This document shows, piece after piece, positions 32,032 to 46,939 of a DNA stretch of 64,000 nucleotides. A model generated the notes under the pieces. That model saw only the letters and a list, made by a program, of their open reading frames with translations. It did no database searches and was not told where the DNA came from. Position 1 is the first letter of the stretch, and each line of letters opens with the position of its first letter. Source of the stretch: Myxococcota bacterium (GTDB lineage: Bacteria > Myxococcota_A > UBA9160 > UBA6930); NCBI GenBank assembly GCA_965223705.1, contig OZ245015.1, forward strand, positions 160,001 to 224,000. Direction: 5' to 3'. A program made the translations under genes and the position numbers.

Positions 32032-34856
32032 CGGAGTCGGCTGCGCCCCGAGAATGGATCGTCGTCGAGGGCGCGCGCGAGCACAATCTCCAGGACATCG
32101 ACGTCCGTATCCCGCGGGACGCGTTCGTCGTGATCACGGGATTGTCCGGCTCGGGCAAGTCCTCGCTCGCATTCGACACTCTCTATGCGGAGGGTCAGCG
32201 CCGCTACGTCGAATCCCTTTCCGCGTACGCGCGCCAGTTTCTCGATCAGATGAACAAGCCCGACGCCGATACCATCGACGGCCTCTCTCCGGCGATCGCG
32301 ATCGAGCAAAAGACCACGAGCCGGAGCCCGCGCAGCACCGTCGGCACCGTCACGGAAATCTACGACCACCTGAGGTTGCTGTTCGCGCGCGCCGGGGACG
32401 CCCACTGTCCGAACTGTGGTCAGCCCATCGCGAGCCAGACGCTTTCGCAAATGAGTGATCACGTCTTGACACTCCCCGAAGGCACCCGCGTGCAAGTGCT
32501 GGCGCCGGTCGTGCGCGGCCGCAAGGGCGAATACAAGAAGGAGCTCGCGCTCTTCCGGCGACAGGGTTTCGTGCGCGTTCGCGTCGACGGCGACACGTAC
32601 GACCTCGGTGACGAAATTCGGCTCGACAAGCGGCGCGCCCACGACATCGACGTCGTGGTCGATCGCCTGTCGGTGAAGGACGCCGCGCGAGCGCGAATCG
32701 CGGAGTCGATCGAGACCGCAGCGCGCTTGGCCGACGGTTTGGTCAAACTCGATGTCGCGGGCGGCGAGGAACAACTCCTTTCGGAATCGAACGCGTGTGT
32801 CGACTGCGGCATCTCGCTCCCGGAGCTCGCGCCGCGCTTGTTCTCGTTCAACAGTCCTCACGGTGCGTGCGCTCGTTGCGACGGAATCGGACAGATCGAA
32901 GAGCTCGATCCCGAACGCTTCGTGCCCGACCCGAGTCTCTCGGTCGCCGATGGGGCAATCGCACCGTGGCAGGGCCGACGCAACCGCAAGTACTACCGTG
33001 GGATCCTCGCCTCCCTCGCCGACGATCTGGGCTTCGATCTCGAGACTCCCTGGTGTGATCTCGAGAAGGACATACAGCGAGCACTGCTCCTCGGCACCGG
33101 GGATCGCGAAATCGAATTCGTACTCCCGCGCGGCCGACGTCGCCAGAAGTTCCGCCGCACGTTCGACGGAGTACTCGGCGATCTCGAACGCAAGCTCGCA
33201 GAAGATCCCGAGCTGGCACTCGAGCTCGCGCCGTTCGGTAGCCCCCATGCGTGTCCGGAATGCGACGGCACCCGCTTGCGCAAAGAAGCGCGTAGCGTTC
33301 GTATCTGCGGCGAAACGATCGCGGAACTGGCGGGCCGCGATGTGGCTTCCCTGCGGACTTTTCTCGACGAGCTCGCGTTGTCGCCCGAGCGTCGCGAAAT
33401 CGCGGACCGGATACTCCGCGAGGTCTCCGACCGCCTCCGTTTCCTCTCCGACGTCGGTCTCGACTACCTGACCCTCGACCGCCCGAGCGCGACGCTCTCG
33501 GGCGGGGAGGGGCAGCGCATCCGATTGGCGACACAAATCGGCGCGAGCTTGATGGGGGTTTTGTACATCCTCGACGAACCCTCGATCGGCCTCCACGCGC
33601 GCGACAATCAGAAACTCCTGGAGAGTCTCAAGCGACTGCGAGAAACGGGGAACAGTGTGCTCGTCGTCGAGCACGACGAAGCGACGATACGGGCGGCTGA
33701 CCATGTGATTGATATGGGCCCCGGCGCCGGCCGGCACGGCGGGCGCGTCGTCGCCGAGGGAAAACCCGAGGAAATTGCGGATCACCCGGAATCGCCCACC
33801 GGTGCGTACTTGGCCGGCCGTAACGCGATCGCGGTCCCGAGCGCGCGCCGGCCTGTCGGTGAGAAGAAGCTCCGCTTGGAGGGCTGCCGCGAGCACAACC
33901 TGAAGAACCTGGCCGCTGACTTCCCCCTCGGTTGTTTCATCGCGGTGACGGGTGTGTCCGGATCGGGCAAGTCGACGCTCGTCAACGACACGCTGTACCG
34001 CGCGCTCGCGCAGCGACTCTACCGGGCAAAAGATCCGCCCGGCCGCTTCCGCCGCCTCTCGGGTGCGCAGTGGATCGACAAGGTCATCGACGTCAACCAA
34101 GCTCCGATCGGGCGTACGCCGCGCAGCAACCCCGCGACGTACACGGGCGCGTTCGGCGCGATTCGAGAGCTCTTCCGCCAGGTGCCGGAAGCGCGCGCGC
34201 GCGGCTACGGACCGGGCCGCTTCTCCTTCAACGTGAAGGGCGGCCGTTGTGAATCCTGTCAGGGCGATGGGCTCATTCGCATCGAGATGCATTTCCTGCC
34301 CGACATCTATGTCACGTGCGAGGTGTGCAACGGCCGGCGTTACAACCGCGAAACGCTCGAGATCACGTACAGAGGTCGAAGCATCGCCGACGTCCTGGAG
34401 ATGACGGTTTCGGAAGCGGCGGAGTTCATGGCGAACATCCCGAGCATCAAACGCCCGCTCGAAACACTGGACGAGGTCGGGCTCGGTTACATCCACCTGG
34501 GCCAAGCGGCGACCACGCTTTCGGGCGGCGAAGCGCAGCGCGTGAAACTCGCGAAAGAGCTCGCACGCCGAAGCAGCGGTAAGACGCTCTACATCCTCGA
34601 TGAGCCGACGACAGGGCTCCATTTCGCCGACATCGATCGCCTCCTCCAGGTGCTCAAGCGTCTCGTCGAACGCGGCAACACCGTCGTCGTCATCGAGCAT
34701 CAGCTCGACGTCATCAAGTCGGCCGACCATGTCATCGACTTGGGGCCCGAGGGCGGAGGCGACGGTGGTCACGTCGTGGTCGCCGGAACCCCCGAAGACG
34801 TCGCGGCGTGTGCCGCGAGCCACACGGGCCGGGCGCTCGCCGAAGTCCTTTCATAA
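32028..34856 (+). CDS. uvrA: Excinuclease ABC subunit A
   Basis: GAREHNL, two GxSGSGKS, LSGGE, zinc fingers; start approximate. Confidence 0.97.
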   Translation: MTESAAPREWIVVEGAREHNLQDIDVRIPRDAFVVITGLSGSGKSSLAFDTLYAEGQRRYVESLSAYARQFLDQMNKPDADTIDGLSPAIAIEQKTTSRSPRSTVGTVTEIYDHLRLLFARAGDAHCPNCGQPIASQTLSQMSDHVLTLPEGTRVQVLAPVVRGRKGEYKKELALFRRQGFVRVRVDGDTYDLGDEIRLDKRRAHDIDVVVDRLSVKDAARARIAESIETAARLADGLVKLDVAGGEEQLLSESNACVDCGISLPELAPRLFSFNSPHGACARCDGIGQIEELDPERFVPDPSLSVADGAIAPWQGRRNRKYYRGILASLADDLGFDLETPWCDLEKDIQRALLLGTGDREIEFVLPRGRRRQKFRRTFDGVLGDLERKLAEDPELALELAPFGSPHACPECDGTRLRKEARSVRICGETIAELAGRDVASLRTFLDELALSPERREIADRILREVSDRLRFLSDVGLDYLTLDRPSATLSGGEGQRIRLATQIGASLMGVLYILDEPSIGLHARDNQKLLESLKRLRETGNSVLVVEHDEATIRAADHVIDMGPGAGRHGGRVVAEGKPEEIADHPESPTGAYLAGRNAIAVPSARRPVGEKKLRLEGCREHNLKNLAADFPLGCFIAVTGVSGSGKSTLVNDTLYRALAQRLYRAKDPPGRFRRLSGAQWIDKVIDVNQAPIGRTPRSNPATYTGAFGAIRELFRQVPEARARGYGPGRFSFNVKGGRCESCQGDGLIRIEMHFLPDIYVTCEVCNGRRYNRETLEITYRGRSIADVLEMTVSEAAEFMANIPSIKRPLETLDEVGLGYIHLGQAATTLSGGEAQRVKLAKELARRSSGKTLYILDEPTTGLHFADIDRLLQVLKRLVERGNTVVVIEHQLDVIKSADHVIDLGPEGGGDGGHVVVAGTPEDVAACAASHTGRALAEVLS

Positions 34857-34876
34857 CCTCGAGCTCCGGAGGCGTC

Positions 34877-35629
34877 ATGGCCGAACTGTTCACCACGGAA
34901 AACCTCGTCGCGTTGTTGACGCTCGCGAGCCTCGAGATCGTGCTCGGGATCGACAACATCGTCTTCATCTCGATTCTCTGCGCGAAGCTTCCGCCTCAAC
35001 TCCAGGCGCGGGGACGCCAGGTGGGTCTCGCCTTGGCGATGGCGCTCCGGATCCTGTTGCTGCTTTCGATCAGCTGGGTGATGGGACTGACGGAGCCGCT
35101 GTTTTCGCTGCTCGGTCACGCGGTGAGCGGGCGCGATCTCATTCTGCTCGTCGGCGGGTTGTTTCTTCTGGGCAAAGCCACGTGGGAGATCCACGACAAG
35201 CTCGAGGGTGCCGATGGCCATGGAGACGGTAGCGGCGCCAAGAAGTACGCGAGTTTTGGCGCCGTCCTCCTCCAGATTGCGGCGCTCGACTTGGTCTTCT
35301 CCTTGGATTCCGTCATCACCGCGGTCGGGATGGCGGATCGCATCGAGATCATGATCGCTGCGGTCGTGATCGCCGTCGTCGTGATGATGATTTTCGCGGG
35401 CACGATCAGTCGCTTCGTCGAGCGACATCCGACGCTCAAGATGCTCGCATTAGCGTTCTTGATTTTGATCGGCGCGATGCTCGTCCTCGAGGGCTTCGGG
35501 AAGCACGTCGAGAAGGGTTACATCTACTTTGCGATGGCGTTCTCACTCACCGTCGAGCTTCTCAACATGCGCTTCCGCAAGGTGCGCAAGCCCGTGGAAC
35601 TCAAACAGAGCTACGTAACCGAGGCGTAG
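34877..35629 (+). CDS. TerC-family membrane protein
   Basis: LEIVLGIDN, DLVFSLDSVITAVG. Confidence 0.93.
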   Translation: MAELFTTENLVALLTLASLEIVLGIDNIVFISILCAKLPPQLQARGRQVGLALAMALRILLLLSISWVMGLTEPLFSLLGHAVSGRDLILLVGGLFLLGKATWEIHDKLEGADGHGDGSGAKKYASFGAVLLQIAALDLVFSLDSVITAVGMADRIEIMIAAVVIAVVVMMIFAGTISRFVERHPTLKMLALAFLILIGAMLVLEGFGKHVEKGYIYFAMAFSLTVELLNMRFRKVRKPVELKQSYVTEA

Positions 35630-35632
35630 CGC

Positions 35633-36283
35633 TCAGCGCGCGGCGAGGGGCCCCGGCCGGAGCTCCTCGCTCACCATGCCGCGTGCGGCCAAGGCTTCGA
35701 GCAGCGAGCGAAGCACCGCGGCGGGGTCTCGGTCGGCGTCGATCCGCTCGATGTACGGGCGGCTCAGCGCGGCGAACTCGCGCGCGACGGACCGCAAGCT
35801 GTCCGCCAGCTCGAAGGCATCGTTTTCGCCCCGGTGACTCACTCGTTTGAGACCGGCGCCCACGTCGAGTTCGAGAATCAGCGCGCAATCCGGTACTGGA
35901 AAGCGCGCTTCCTGCTCGGCGAGAATCTGCTCTCGGTCGAGGCCGCGCGCGCCCTGGTAGGCCGCGGTGGAGAGGAAGTAGCGATCCGTCACCACCCACC
36001 GACCGAGTTCCATGGCGGGTAGGACGACGGAATCGACGTGCTCGGCGCGATCTTTCACGAAGAGCTCGAGTTCTTCGTTCGCCGGAAGTCGCTCGCCCGC
36101 GGCCGCCGCCGCGCGAATACGCGAGCCGTACACACCGTCGGTGGGCTCCCGGGTCAGCACGTTGGCGATACCGTCCCGCTCGAGGGCCTCGGAAAGCAAA
36201 CGTGCTTGCGTCGACTTGCCCGCACCGTCGATGCCCTCGATTGCGATCAGCAGACCGCGTTGATGTGTAGCGCCGTCGTTCAC
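35633..36283 (-). CDS. tmk: Thymidylate kinase
   Basis: EGIDGAGKST, TREP, DRY..ST.AYQG. Confidence 0.95.
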   Translation of the reverse strand: MNDGATHQRGLLIAIEGIDGAGKSTQARLLSEALERDGIANVLTREPTDGVYGSRIRAAAAAGERLPANEELELFVKDRAEHVDSVVLPAMELGRWVVTDRYFLSTAAYQGARGLDREQILAEQEARFPVPDCALILELDVGAGLKRVSHRGENDAFELADSLRSVAREFAALSRPYIERIDADRDPAAVLRSLLEALAARGMVSEELRPGPLAAR

Positions 36284-36566
36284 CGTATATGGACCCTAGG
36301 CCACGCACCGCCTTCAAACGAGACCAAAGCAGCGCGCCACGCGAGAGAGCTGGGCATGTCATTTGCGTTGGGTGCAGTGCGATGCCGTTGGGCATCGCCC
36401 GTTTGCACCCCTCTACCGGGACCGGGGGTCGGCGGGTTTTGGAGGCGCCGGGTGAGGGCTTGGCGTGACGTGGGAAAACAACATGGGGTGAGGCCTGCGT
36501 CACTGCTCGCGCCCGGCGTCTCCCGCAGCCGGGGCGATCGCCCCGGCTGTAGGAGTCGCGGCGGCC

Positions 36567-36896
36567 CTAGCCGGCGGCCGGAATGCGGAAGACGAGGAGG
36601 AGGCCCACGACGAGCCCGTAAATCGCGATCGACTCGATGAGCACCATGCCGAGAATGAAGTTGGTGAACATCGACCCTGCGGCGCCGGGATTGCGCGCAA
36701 TGCCCGCGGTGGTGTTACCGGCCGTGAGCCCTTGGCCAATACCGCAGCCGAGCGCGGCGAAACCGATCGCGATGCCAGCGCCCAGTGCGTAGCCCCAGCT
36801 GTCGCCACCGCCGGTCGCGCCCTGCGCGGCGGCCGCCATCGGCATGAGCAGCACGGCGAGGGTGTAGAGTGCAATTCGGTATGCCTTACGCATCAT
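36567..36896 (-). CDS. atpE: ATP synthase subunit c
   Basis: GIGQG, IARNP, LIESIAIY. Confidence 0.95.
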   Translation of the reverse strand: MMRKAYRIALYTLAVLLMPMAAAAQGATGGGDSWGYALGAGIAIGFAALGCGIGQGLTAGNTTAGIARNPGAAGSMFTNFILGMVLIESIAIYGLVVGLLLVFRIPAAG

Positions 36897-36908
36897 CAGT
36901 CTCCTTCA

Positions 36909-37628
36909 TTAGTGCGCTTCTTCGAGCGCCAATCCGATGTAAATCATCGTGAGTAGGGCGAACACGTAGGCCTGCAAGAACGAGACGAGCACGCCAAGCC
37001 CCATGAACGCGGCCGGCAGCACCGCCGGAACCAACATCAACCAAACGCCGACAACGGTGTGGTCGGCGAACATATTGGCGAGGAGCCGGATGCCCAGTGA
37101 GAGCACCCGCGCGCCGTGCGCCACGATTTCGAGAACCAAGAAAAGCGGGGCGAGCAGGCGCAAGTGATACGTCTTGTCGCCGACCTTCAGGTCGTAGAGG
37201 CTCGGCCCGAGAAAATGATTGAGGTAGCCCCAACCGTGCTTGCGAATGCCGACCCACTCCGAGACACCGAACGCGATGAGTGCCCAAGCGAACGTCGTGT
37301 TGCGGTCGCTCGTGGCGCCCCCGATCCCGGGGATCAGCCCGATCAAATTCGAGATCAATACGAAGACGAAAATCGTGCCGACGATCGGGAACCAACGACG
37401 CCACTCCGGTCCCATGTTCTGCTCAGCGAGATCCGAGAGGAAATCGACGATGAGCTCGAACACGTTTCGGACGCTCATCCCTTCGTCCGGAATGACTCCG
37501 CCGTTGTTGGCCGCAATACCGGCTCGCACACGCCAGCCGAAAAACGCCATGATGAGGAACGTGAAGAGAGCGGAACTAACCACCCACGGAATGCCCGTGT
37601 GATCTTCGATCGTTTCAAAGATGTTCAC
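36909..37628 (-). CDS. atpB: ATP synthase subunit a
   Basis: SN..GLIPG, SL.IRL.ANM.ADH, LQAYVF..L. Confidence 0.95.
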   Translation of the reverse strand: MNIFETIEDHTGIPWVVSSALFTFLIMAFFGWRVRAGIAANNGGVIPDEGMSVRNVFELIVDFLSDLAEQNMGPEWRRWFPIVGTIFVFVLISNLIGLIPGIGGATSDRNTTFAWALIAFGVSEWVGIRKHGWGYLNHFLGPSLYDLKVGDKTYHLRLLAPLFLVLEIVAHGARVLSLGIRLLANMFADHTVVGVWLMLVPAVLPAAFMGLGVLVSFLQAYVFALLTMIYIGLALEEAH

Positions 37629-38101
37629 GCTTCGTCCTCATCTTCGATGTCGTTCTCCCGGGCAAACCAGGGGTTCCAGGCCTCCCATGCGGCTTCCTCT
37701 TCGTCGAGCGGGGCCGCTTCGACGACTTGCGGGCGTGCGAGCCAGGCGGAGAGCAACGTCGACGGGACGATGAGGGAGAGGCCGATCACCAACCCGACGG
37801 GATGCGCGCCGGCCCACAGGGAGCCCGCGATCGCCGCGAGCAGCAGAGAGAAGCGCAACCCGAAGCCCGCAGCGGCGATGGCCGAGCCGTTCCAGGCATT
37901 GTTGAACGTCGCCTCGCTGTTGCGGCGCAGCGACCGGAAATTCACCGCTTCGAGAAGCGCGCCCAATGCGAGACTCCCGGTAAAAGCCGGCGTCGCCAGG
38001 GCCCACGCTGTCGCGACGGCGCCACCCGCGATCGCCGCGTGCAAGCGCTGCACGGGACCCGCGTCGAGAACCACTGCGTCGGAACTCTGGGTGTTCGCCA
38101 A
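37625..38101 (-). CDS. atpI: ATP synthase protein I
   Basis: Four TM segments immediately upstream of atpB. Confidence 0.7.
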   Translation of the reverse strand: MANTQSSDAVVLDAGPVQRLHAAIAGGAVATAWALATPAFTGSLALGALLEAVNFRSLRRNSEATFNNAWNGSAIAAAGFGLRFSLLLAAIAGSLWAGAHPVGLVIGLSLIVPSTLLSAWLARPQVVEAAPLDEEEAAWEAWNPWFARENDIEDEDEA

Positions 38102-38109
38102 TCCGTCGT

Positions 38110-38406
38110 CTACCAATCGTCTTTGTCCTGTGCGTCCCACGGGTCGTCCCACGCTTCGGGCGGGAGCGGCCGCGGAGGCTCATCGCCTTCTTCTTCGATT
38201 CGCAACGCTTCGAGCCGGCGGCTGAGTCGGACGATTCGCAAGATGAACGCTCCGAAACCGACCGCCAAACCGATGAGCGTACCGACAGGCGTTGTTCCCG
38301 CCGCGTGGTCAGCCCAAAAACCGAGGCCCGTGCCGACCAGGATGGCGATCACCGCCTCGAGCCCGCCTTGGTAAGCCAAAGCGCCGCGTCGGTTGGGACT
38401 CTTCAC
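38110..38406 (-). CDS. AtpZ/AtpI-family protein
   Basis: G..LG.W.D...GT.P two-TM pattern, first gene of atp cluster. Confidence 0.75.
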   Translation of the reverse strand: MKSPNRRGALAYQGGLEAVIAILVGTGLGFWADHAAGTTPVGTLIGLAVGFGAFILRIVRLSRRLEALRIEEEGDEPPRPLPPEAWDDPWDAQDKDDW

Positions 38407-38517
38407 GATGCATCACCGCGCCAGAACCCCCTACGGGGCCCGTCCTGGCTGCATGCGGGCCGCATAGTAGCCGAGGGCCCAGTGCCACTCAACGCGCCCG
38501 AGCCTCTGTCGCGCGCC

Positions 38518-39813
38518 TCAACGCGCGCGTCGAACGGCGGCGAAGGCGTCTTCCGCGGCATCGAGTGTCCGTGCCACGTCGCGTCGCGAATGCGCCGTCG
38601 AGACGAACCCGGCCTCGAACGCCGACGGCGCTAGATACACACCGGCGTCGAGCATGGCGCGGTGGAAGCGCGCGAACCGCTTGAGATCGGAGCCGGACGC
38701 CGCTTCGAAATCCCACACCGGACCGTCCCGGAAGAAGAAACCGAACATGCCGCCCACCGAAGTGGTGTGGAACGGGATCCCGAACGCCTCCGCGCGTTGC
38801 GCGAGGCCGTCCGCCAACGCGGAGGTCCGCTCGCCGAGGATCTCGTAGACGCCGTCCTCTTTGAGGGCGTCGAGCGTCACGACACCTGCGGCCATTGCCA
38901 GCGGATTTCCGGACAGCGTTCCCGCCTGATAGACGGGCCCGTCCGGTGCGATTTCTTTCATCAGCTCCTTCGAGCCGCCGTAGGCCGCGGCCGGCAAACC
39001 GCCACCGATCACCTTGCCGAAGCAGGAGAGATCGGGTTTGACGCGGTACAGGCGTTGCGCGCCCCCCCAGGCCACGCGAAATCCCGTCATCACCTCGTCG
39101 AAGATCAACAGGGCCCCGTGGCGATCGCAGAGCTCGCGAAGACCGCGCAAGAAGCCGGCGCGGGGCGGGATGCATCCCATGTTGCCGGCGACGGGTTCGA
39201 CGATGACGCATGCGAGCTCGTCGCCCCAGCGTTCGAACGCGCGCGTCACGGCCGTGAGATCGTTGAACGGCGCCTGCACCGTCAAACCCGCGAACTCCGG
39301 CGGGACGCCCGGCGAGCCCGGGATTCCGAGGGTCGCCACACCACTGCCCGCGCCGACGAGCAGTGCGTCGGCGTGGCCGTGATAGCAGCCGTCGAATTTG
39401 AGGATGCGCTTGCGACCTGTCGCCCCGCGCGCGAGGCGCAGCGCGCTCATGGTGGCTTCGGTCCCGGAGTTTACGAAGCGCAACCGGGACACGCTCGGTA
39501 GCGCGTCGCAGACCCGTTCGGCGATTTCGACTTCGAGCCGCGTCGGCGCACCAAAACTCGTGCCCCGACTCGCCGCTTCCCGAACCGCCCGCAGCACCTT
39601 CGGATGCGCGTGGCCGAGGATCAACGGACCCCACGAGCCGACGTAGTCGATGTAGCGATTACCGTCTTCGTCTGTGACCGTCGCGCCTTTGCCCGAGGCG
39701 ATGAACGGCGGCGTCCCACCGACGGCTTGGAACGCGCGCACGGGGCTGTTGACGCCACCGGGCAAACGGCGTTTTGCACGCGCAAAGAGTTTTTTAGAGA
39801 CGTCGCGCTTCAT
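38518..39813 (-). CDS. hemL: Glutamate-1-semialdehyde aminomutase
   Basis: [35 protein letters not shown]. Confidence 0.97.
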   Translation of the reverse strand: MKRDVSKKLFARAKRRLPGGVNSPVRAFQAVGGTPPFIASGKGATVTDEDGNRYIDYVGSWGPLILGHAHPKVLRAVREAASRGTSFGAPTRLEVEIAERVCDALPSVSRLRFVNSGTEATMSALRLARGATGRKRILKFDGCYHGHADALLVGAGSGVATLGIPGSPGVPPEFAGLTVQAPFNDLTAVTRAFERWGDELACVIVEPVAGNMGCIPPRAGFLRGLRELCDRHGALLIFDEVMTGFRVAWGGAQRLYRVKPDLSCFGKVIGGGLPAAAYGGSKELMKEIAPDGPVYQAGTLSGNPLAMAAGVVTLDALKEDGVYEILGERTSALADGLAQRAEAFGIPFHTTSVGGMFGFFFRDGPVWDFEAASGSDLKRFARFHRAMLDAGVYLAPSAFEAGFVSTAHSRRDVARTLDAAEDAFAAVRRAR

Positions 39814-39823
39814 CGGCCCACGA

Positions 39824-42313
39824 TCATTGCTGCGTCGCTTCCTCGCGTTCGGCCAAGCGAGCCATGGCGACCAGGTCTTCGCCCTCGCCGAGCTCCATCA
39901 CCCGGACGCCCTGGGTCGCGCGTCCCATCGTCGAAATCGTGCTGACCGGGCAGCGAAGGACCTTGCCGCCGTTCGTAATCAGCATGACTTGGTCGTCGTC
40001 GAGGACCTGCGCAACGCCCACGACCTGCCCGTTCCGCGCGCTGGTGCGGATCGTGATGATGCCTTGCCCACCGCGACTCTGGACCCGGTAGTCGTCGAGC
40101 GGTGTGCGTTTCCCGTAGCCGCGTTCCGTCACGGTGAGAATCGTCGCGCCGGGAGAAAGGATCTCCATGCCGACGACTTCATCGGCGTCGGCGAGTTTCA
40201 TTCCGCGCACGCCCGAGGCGGTCCGGCCCATCGGTCGGACTTGCTCTTCTTTGAAGCGGATCGACTTGCCACTGCGCGAGGCGAGGATGACTTCTTGCTC
40301 GCCGGAAGTGCGACTCGCGGAGATGAGTTCGTCATCGTCCGCCAAGTTGATGGCGATGATGCCGCCGCGGCGGGGATTCGAATAGGCGCCGAGACTCGTC
40401 TTCTTGATCTGTCCCTTGCGTGTACAAAGAATGACGAAGTTCTCGCCGTCTTCCTCGAATGTCCGCACCGGCAGCGTCGCTTGCACCCGTTCGTCTTCTT
40501 GAAGCTGCAGGAGGTTGACCAGCGCCTTGCCTCGCGCTGCGCGGCTGAGCTGCGGCAACTCCCAGACCTTCTTCCAGTGCACGCGACCGCGGTTCGTGAA
40601 GAAGAGAATCGTCGCGTGGGTCGAGGCGACGAAGAGGTGCTCGACGAAGTCCTGATCCTTCGTCTCCATGCCCTTCAGGCCCTTGCCACCGCGGCGCTGC
40701 GAGCGGTACTGCGTGATGGCGTTGCGCTTGATGTAACCCGAATGGGAAACCGTGACGACCATCTCTTCTTCGACGATGAGGTCTTCCGTCGTCAGGCCTT
40801 CGACCGCGCCCGTGATCTCCGTTCGCCGATCGTCGCCGTACTTCTCGCGGATTTCCGCGAGCTCCTCGAGGACGACTTCGAGAATCCTTTCGTCGCTCGC
40901 CAGGATGGCGCGCAGCTCGGCGATCTTGGCTCGCAGCTCTTCGAGCTCGTCGAGGACCCGCTGGCGTTCGAGTGCGGTGAGCGCGCGCAACCGCATATCG
41001 AGAATCGCCTGTGCCTGACGGTCCGACAGCGAGAATTCGGCGCGCAAACCGGCGCGCGCGGCGGCGGTGTCGTCGGCGCCGCGAATGATCGCGATGACGC
41101 GATCGAGATTTTCGAGCGCGATCGCGAAGCCTTCCAAGATATGCGCGCGCGCTTCTGCCTGGGCGAGGTCGTAGGCCGTGCGACGTGCGATGACTTCGCG
41201 ACGGAAGTCGAGGAAGTGTCGCAGCGAGCTCTTCAGCGGGAGGACCTGTGGTCGCCCGTTGACCAGCGCGAGCATGTTGACACCGAACGTCGTCTGGAGC
41301 GGCGTCTGCTTGTAGAGCTGGTTGAGGATTACTTCCGCCGGCGCATCGCGTCGCAGCTCGATCACGACGCGAATGCCCTTGCGGTCGGACTCGTCGCGTA
41401 GATCCGATACACCGTCGATCTTTCCGTCGCGCACGAGATCGGCAATACGCTCCACCAGCGACGCCTTGTTCACCATGTAGGGGATCTCGCTGACGACGAT
41501 CGCGTCACCGCGTTTCCCCTCTTCGATCTCGGCGCGCGCGCGGACCGTGAGCTGACCCTTGCCCGTGGCGTAGGCGGTGCGGATACCTTCCGTGCCACAG
41601 ATCATGGCGGCGGTCGGGAAATCGGGACCCGGGATCACGGCGAGGAGATCGTCGAGGTCGCAATCCGGGTTGTTCGCTTCGAGCACCAGCGCGTCGATGA
41701 GTTCGCGGATGTTGTGGGGCGGAATGTTCGTCGCCATGCCGACGGCGATCCCGGCGGAGCCATTCGCGAGGAGGTTCGGGAAACGCGTCGGAAGAACCGA
41801 AGGCTCTTCCGTGTGACCGTCGAAATTCGCGACGAAATCGACGGTTTCGCGATCGATATCGCGCAAGAGATCTTCGGCGAGCGGCGCGAGCCGCGCTTCC
41901 GTATAGCGGTATGCGGCGGCGGGATCGCCGTCGATGGATCCGAAGTTCCCCTGACCGTCGATCAGCGGATAACGAAGCGAGAAATCCTGCACCATCCGCA
42001 CCATCGCGTCGTAGATCGCGCCGTCGCCGTGAGGGTGGTAGTGCTTGATCACCTCGCCGACGACACCGGCCGCTTTCGAGTAAGGACGCGAGGGCAGGAG
42101 CCCTTCGTCGTTCATCGCATAGAGAATGCGGCGGTGAACCGGCTTCAGGCCGTCGCGCACGTCGGGGAGTGCGCGACTGACGATGACGGACATCGAGTAC
42201 GCGAGGAACGATGCTCGGACCTCGTCCTCGATATTGACGGGGACGCTTCCGGGATCGTCGGGCGGCGGCGCGGCGCCGTCTTCGGGATTTTCCGGGGGTA
42301 CGTCTTCAGCCAT
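39824..42313 (-). CDS. gyrA: DNA gyrase subunit A
   Basis: [26 protein letters not shown], GyrA box QRRGGKG. Confidence 0.98.
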   Translation of the reverse strand: MAEDVPPENPEDGAAPPPDDPGSVPVNIEDEVRASFLAYSMSVIVSRALPDVRDGLKPVHRRILYAMNDEGLLPSRPYSKAAGVVGEVIKHYHPHGDGAIYDAMVRMVQDFSLRYPLIDGQGNFGSIDGDPAAAYRYTEARLAPLAEDLLRDIDRETVDFVANFDGHTEEPSVLPTRFPNLLANGSAGIAVGMATNIPPHNIRELIDALVLEANNPDCDLDDLLAVIPGPDFPTAAMICGTEGIRTAYATGKGQLTVRARAEIEEGKRGDAIVVSEIPYMVNKASLVERIADLVRDGKIDGVSDLRDESDRKGIRVVIELRRDAPAEVILNQLYKQTPLQTTFGVNMLALVNGRPQVLPLKSSLRHFLDFRREVIARRTAYDLAQAEARAHILEGFAIALENLDRVIAIIRGADDTAAARAGLRAEFSLSDRQAQAILDMRLRALTALERQRVLDELEELRAKIAELRAILASDERILEVVLEELAEIREKYGDDRRTEITGAVEGLTTEDLIVEEEMVVTVSHSGYIKRNAITQYRSQRRGGKGLKGMETKDQDFVEHLFVASTHATILFFTNRGRVHWKKVWELPQLSRAARGKALVNLLQLQEDERVQATLPVRTFEEDGENFVILCTRKGQIKKTSLGAYSNPRRGGIIAINLADDDELISASRTSGEQEVILASRSGKSIRFKEEQVRPMGRTASGVRGMKLADADEVVGMEILSPGATILTVTERGYGKRTPLDDYRVQSRGGQGIITIRTSARNGQVVGVAQVLDDDQVMLITNGGKVLRCPVSTISTMGRATQGVRVMELGEGEDLVAMARLAEREEATQQ

Positions 42314-42343
42314 AGAACCTAAGCCTCGCAGGGTGCGGAGCGG

Positions 42344-44893
<2,550 letters not shown>

Positions 44894-45004
44894 TCAACAG
44901 GGTGGGTCGGCGTGTTCCGCGATATCGGCTCTGCAGCAGACGCTCGTCTGCTGGCCGGAAAAGAGCCTACATAATCTCTAAGTGTGCGTAAACCCTGACG
45001 CTTC

Positions 45005-46132
45005 TCACAAACGCATCGGCATGACCACCGCGATTGCGGTGGTCTCTTCCGCGGGCTCGAGCTGTGCCGGCGCGTTCGCCCCTCCGAGGCCGATCCGGGT
45101 CTCTTTAGCCCCGATTCCGTTCATTGCGTCGAGGAGGTAGCGAGCGTTGAAACCGATTTCGAGGTCTTCCCCGTCGTAGTCGATATCGAGCTCTTCCTGA
45201 GCTTCGCCGAGATCGGGATTCGTCGCGCTGACCACGAGCGTTCCAGACGACAGTGATACTTTGATCGCTCGGCTCCGCTCAGCTGACAGCAATGCGACGC
45301 GTCGGAGAGCGCGCACGACTTCATCCGTCGGGACGTTGAACGTGATCGGGATTTCCTTGGGGATTACTTGGCGGTAGTTCGGGAACTCCCCCTCGATGAG
45401 CCGCATCACTAGCGTGACATCGCCTTTCCTCACCAGGGCGCTGTTTCCATCGAAGCCGATCATCACCTCGTCGGCGTCGTCTTCGTCCACGAGGCGTTTC
45501 AGCTCTGCCAGACCCTTGCGCGGGATGATGACACCGCTCGCGAGTCCCTCGATGTTCTCACCGCCCCCCCGCTCGACCAGGGCCAGGCGGTGACCGTCGG
45601 TGGCAACCATGCGGATGTTGCTCGATTCCGCATCGACCTCGAAGAAGACACCGTTCAGGTTGTATCGGCTTTCGTCGAGGGAGGCCGCGTACATCGTGCG
45701 CTCGACCATGTCCGAGACCACCGGTGCAGAGAGACAGACGAGTTTGCCCGGTTCGAGCTCCGGTAGATCGGGGTATTCGGAAGCTTCATTCCCAGCGAGC
45801 GAGAAACGGGCGCGTCCGCAGCGGATATCGAGGCTCGCTGCATCCTGACTGGTGAGGTGAACGGGTTCTTCGGGGAGCTCTCGCGTGATGTCGTAGAACT
45901 TTCGCGCCGAGACCGTGAGCGTGCCTTCCTCTTCCACGTTCGCGGTGTGCGTGCCTCGAATCCCGATCTCCAGATCCGTCGCGGCGAATTCGAGTTCACC
46001 CTCGCCGTCTTTCTTTCCACGAGCCGTTAGGAGCACGTTGGCGAGAATCGGCATCGTATTGCGTTTCTCGACGATGGCCTGGATGCGGCCAAGACCTCGG
46101 AGAAGCTCGCTCCGTTGAATCGTGAGTTTCAT
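45005..46132 (-). CDS. dnaN: DNA polymerase III beta clamp
   Basis: PILANVL, ATDLE, ATDGHRL, RLIEGEFPNY, VMPMRL. Confidence 0.98.
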   Translation of the reverse strand: MKLTIQRSELLRGLGRIQAIVEKRNTMPILANVLLTARGKKDGEGELEFAATDLEIGIRGTHTANVEEEGTLTVSARKFYDITRELPEEPVHLTSQDAASLDIRCGRARFSLAGNEASEYPDLPELEPGKLVCLSAPVVSDMVERTMYAASLDESRYNLNGVFFEVDAESSNIRMVATDGHRLALVERGGGENIEGLASGVIIPRKGLAELKRLVDEDDADEVMIGFDGNSALVRKGDVTLVMRLIEGEFPNYRQVIPKEIPITFNVPTDEVVRALRRVALLSAERSRAIKVSLSSGTLVVSATNPDLGEAQEELDIDYDGEDLEIGFNARYLLDAMNGIGAKETRIGLGGANAPAQLEPAEETTAIAVVMPMRL

Positions 46133-46373
46133 GGCGGGTTCCCTATCTCAGATTTTCTCTTTGGTATTTAAAGACTGTGATGGCAGAGAGAGAAAGGGAG
46201 GCAGGACGGTCAGAACGCATGTAGGGGACGGAAATACCTCGGGAACTTACTCTGTCGGGAAGCGCCGACAAACGTCCGGAAGCGCACTCACGCAAGCCTC
46301 TCACCAACGGGCCCAGTTTACCACGGAAGGACCTTTAGCGGGCCAGGCACTTGCCCCTTCGAGCGTTCGTCGC

Positions 46374-46403
46374 TTGACATCAGGGAAGAGGCACGGTTAC
46401 GCT
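46374..46403 (+). promoter_or_regulatory. Candidate sigma70 promoter for rpmH operon
   Basis: TTGACA-18 nt-TACGCT. Confidence 0.55.
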
Positions 46404-46429
46404 CGGCCGCTCCTTTCTGGAGCGCCTCG

Positions 46430-46579
46430 ATGAAACGCACTTATCAGCCGAGCCGCATCAAGCGTCGCCGACGTCACGGCTTTCGCGCCCGCATGAAGAC
46501 AAAGGCGGGGCGGAACATCTTGAAGCGCCGTCGTGCGAAGGGTCGCAAGCGGCTCGCCGCGACGACACCCTCGAAGTAG
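46430..46579 (+). CDS. rpmH: 50S ribosomal protein L34 (absent from ORF track)
   Basis: Manual translation [42 protein letters not shown]. Confidence 0.98.
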   Translation: MKRTYQPSRIKRRRRHGFRARMKTKAGRNILKRRRAKGRKRLAATTPSK

Positions 46580-46600
46580 AGCGGTCCGTCGGGTGGCGGT

Positions 46601-46939
46601 ATGAGCCACTCAGGGCGAGAGCGCCGACTCCGCCAGCGCCGCGACTTCCTGCGACTCCAAAGGAGCGGTTGTCGCTCGGAGACGCGCCATTTCATCGTCC
46701 TCGACGCGGAGCGGTTTCCCGCGGCAGTCGGTGAAGCAGCACCTCGGCTCGGCGTGACCGTGAGTAAAAGGGTTGGCAACGCAGTCATGAGAAACCGCGT
46801 GAAACGCAAGCTGCGAGCGTGGTTCCACGCAACCGAGGAAGCGCTTCCCGCGCGCGACTACGTGATCATCGCCCGTCGTGGCGCGCCTCGTTTGTCACTT
46901 GCGGCGATCGACCAAGAGCTCCGTCAGGTACTGCGATGA
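46601..46939 (+). CDS. rnpA: RNase P protein
   Basis: [21 protein letters not shown]. Confidence 0.96.
   Translation: MSHSGRERRLRQRRDFLRLQRSGCRSETRHFIVLDAERFPAAVGEAAPRLGVTVSKRVGNAVMRNRVKRKLRAWFHATEEALPARDYVIIARRGAPRLSLAAIDQELRQVLR

Noticed and set aside
31818..34823. Very long alternative-frame ORFs (also 25416-27740, 25786-27846, 39674-41401, 53098-55146, 54572-56161)
   Set aside because: Shadow ORFs of well-supported genes, expected in high-GC DNA.
36284..36566. Hairpin-rich tmk-atpE intergenic region as an ncRNA
   Set aside because: The hairpins are compatible with termination or mRNA stabilisation after atpE; no RNA family motif recognised.
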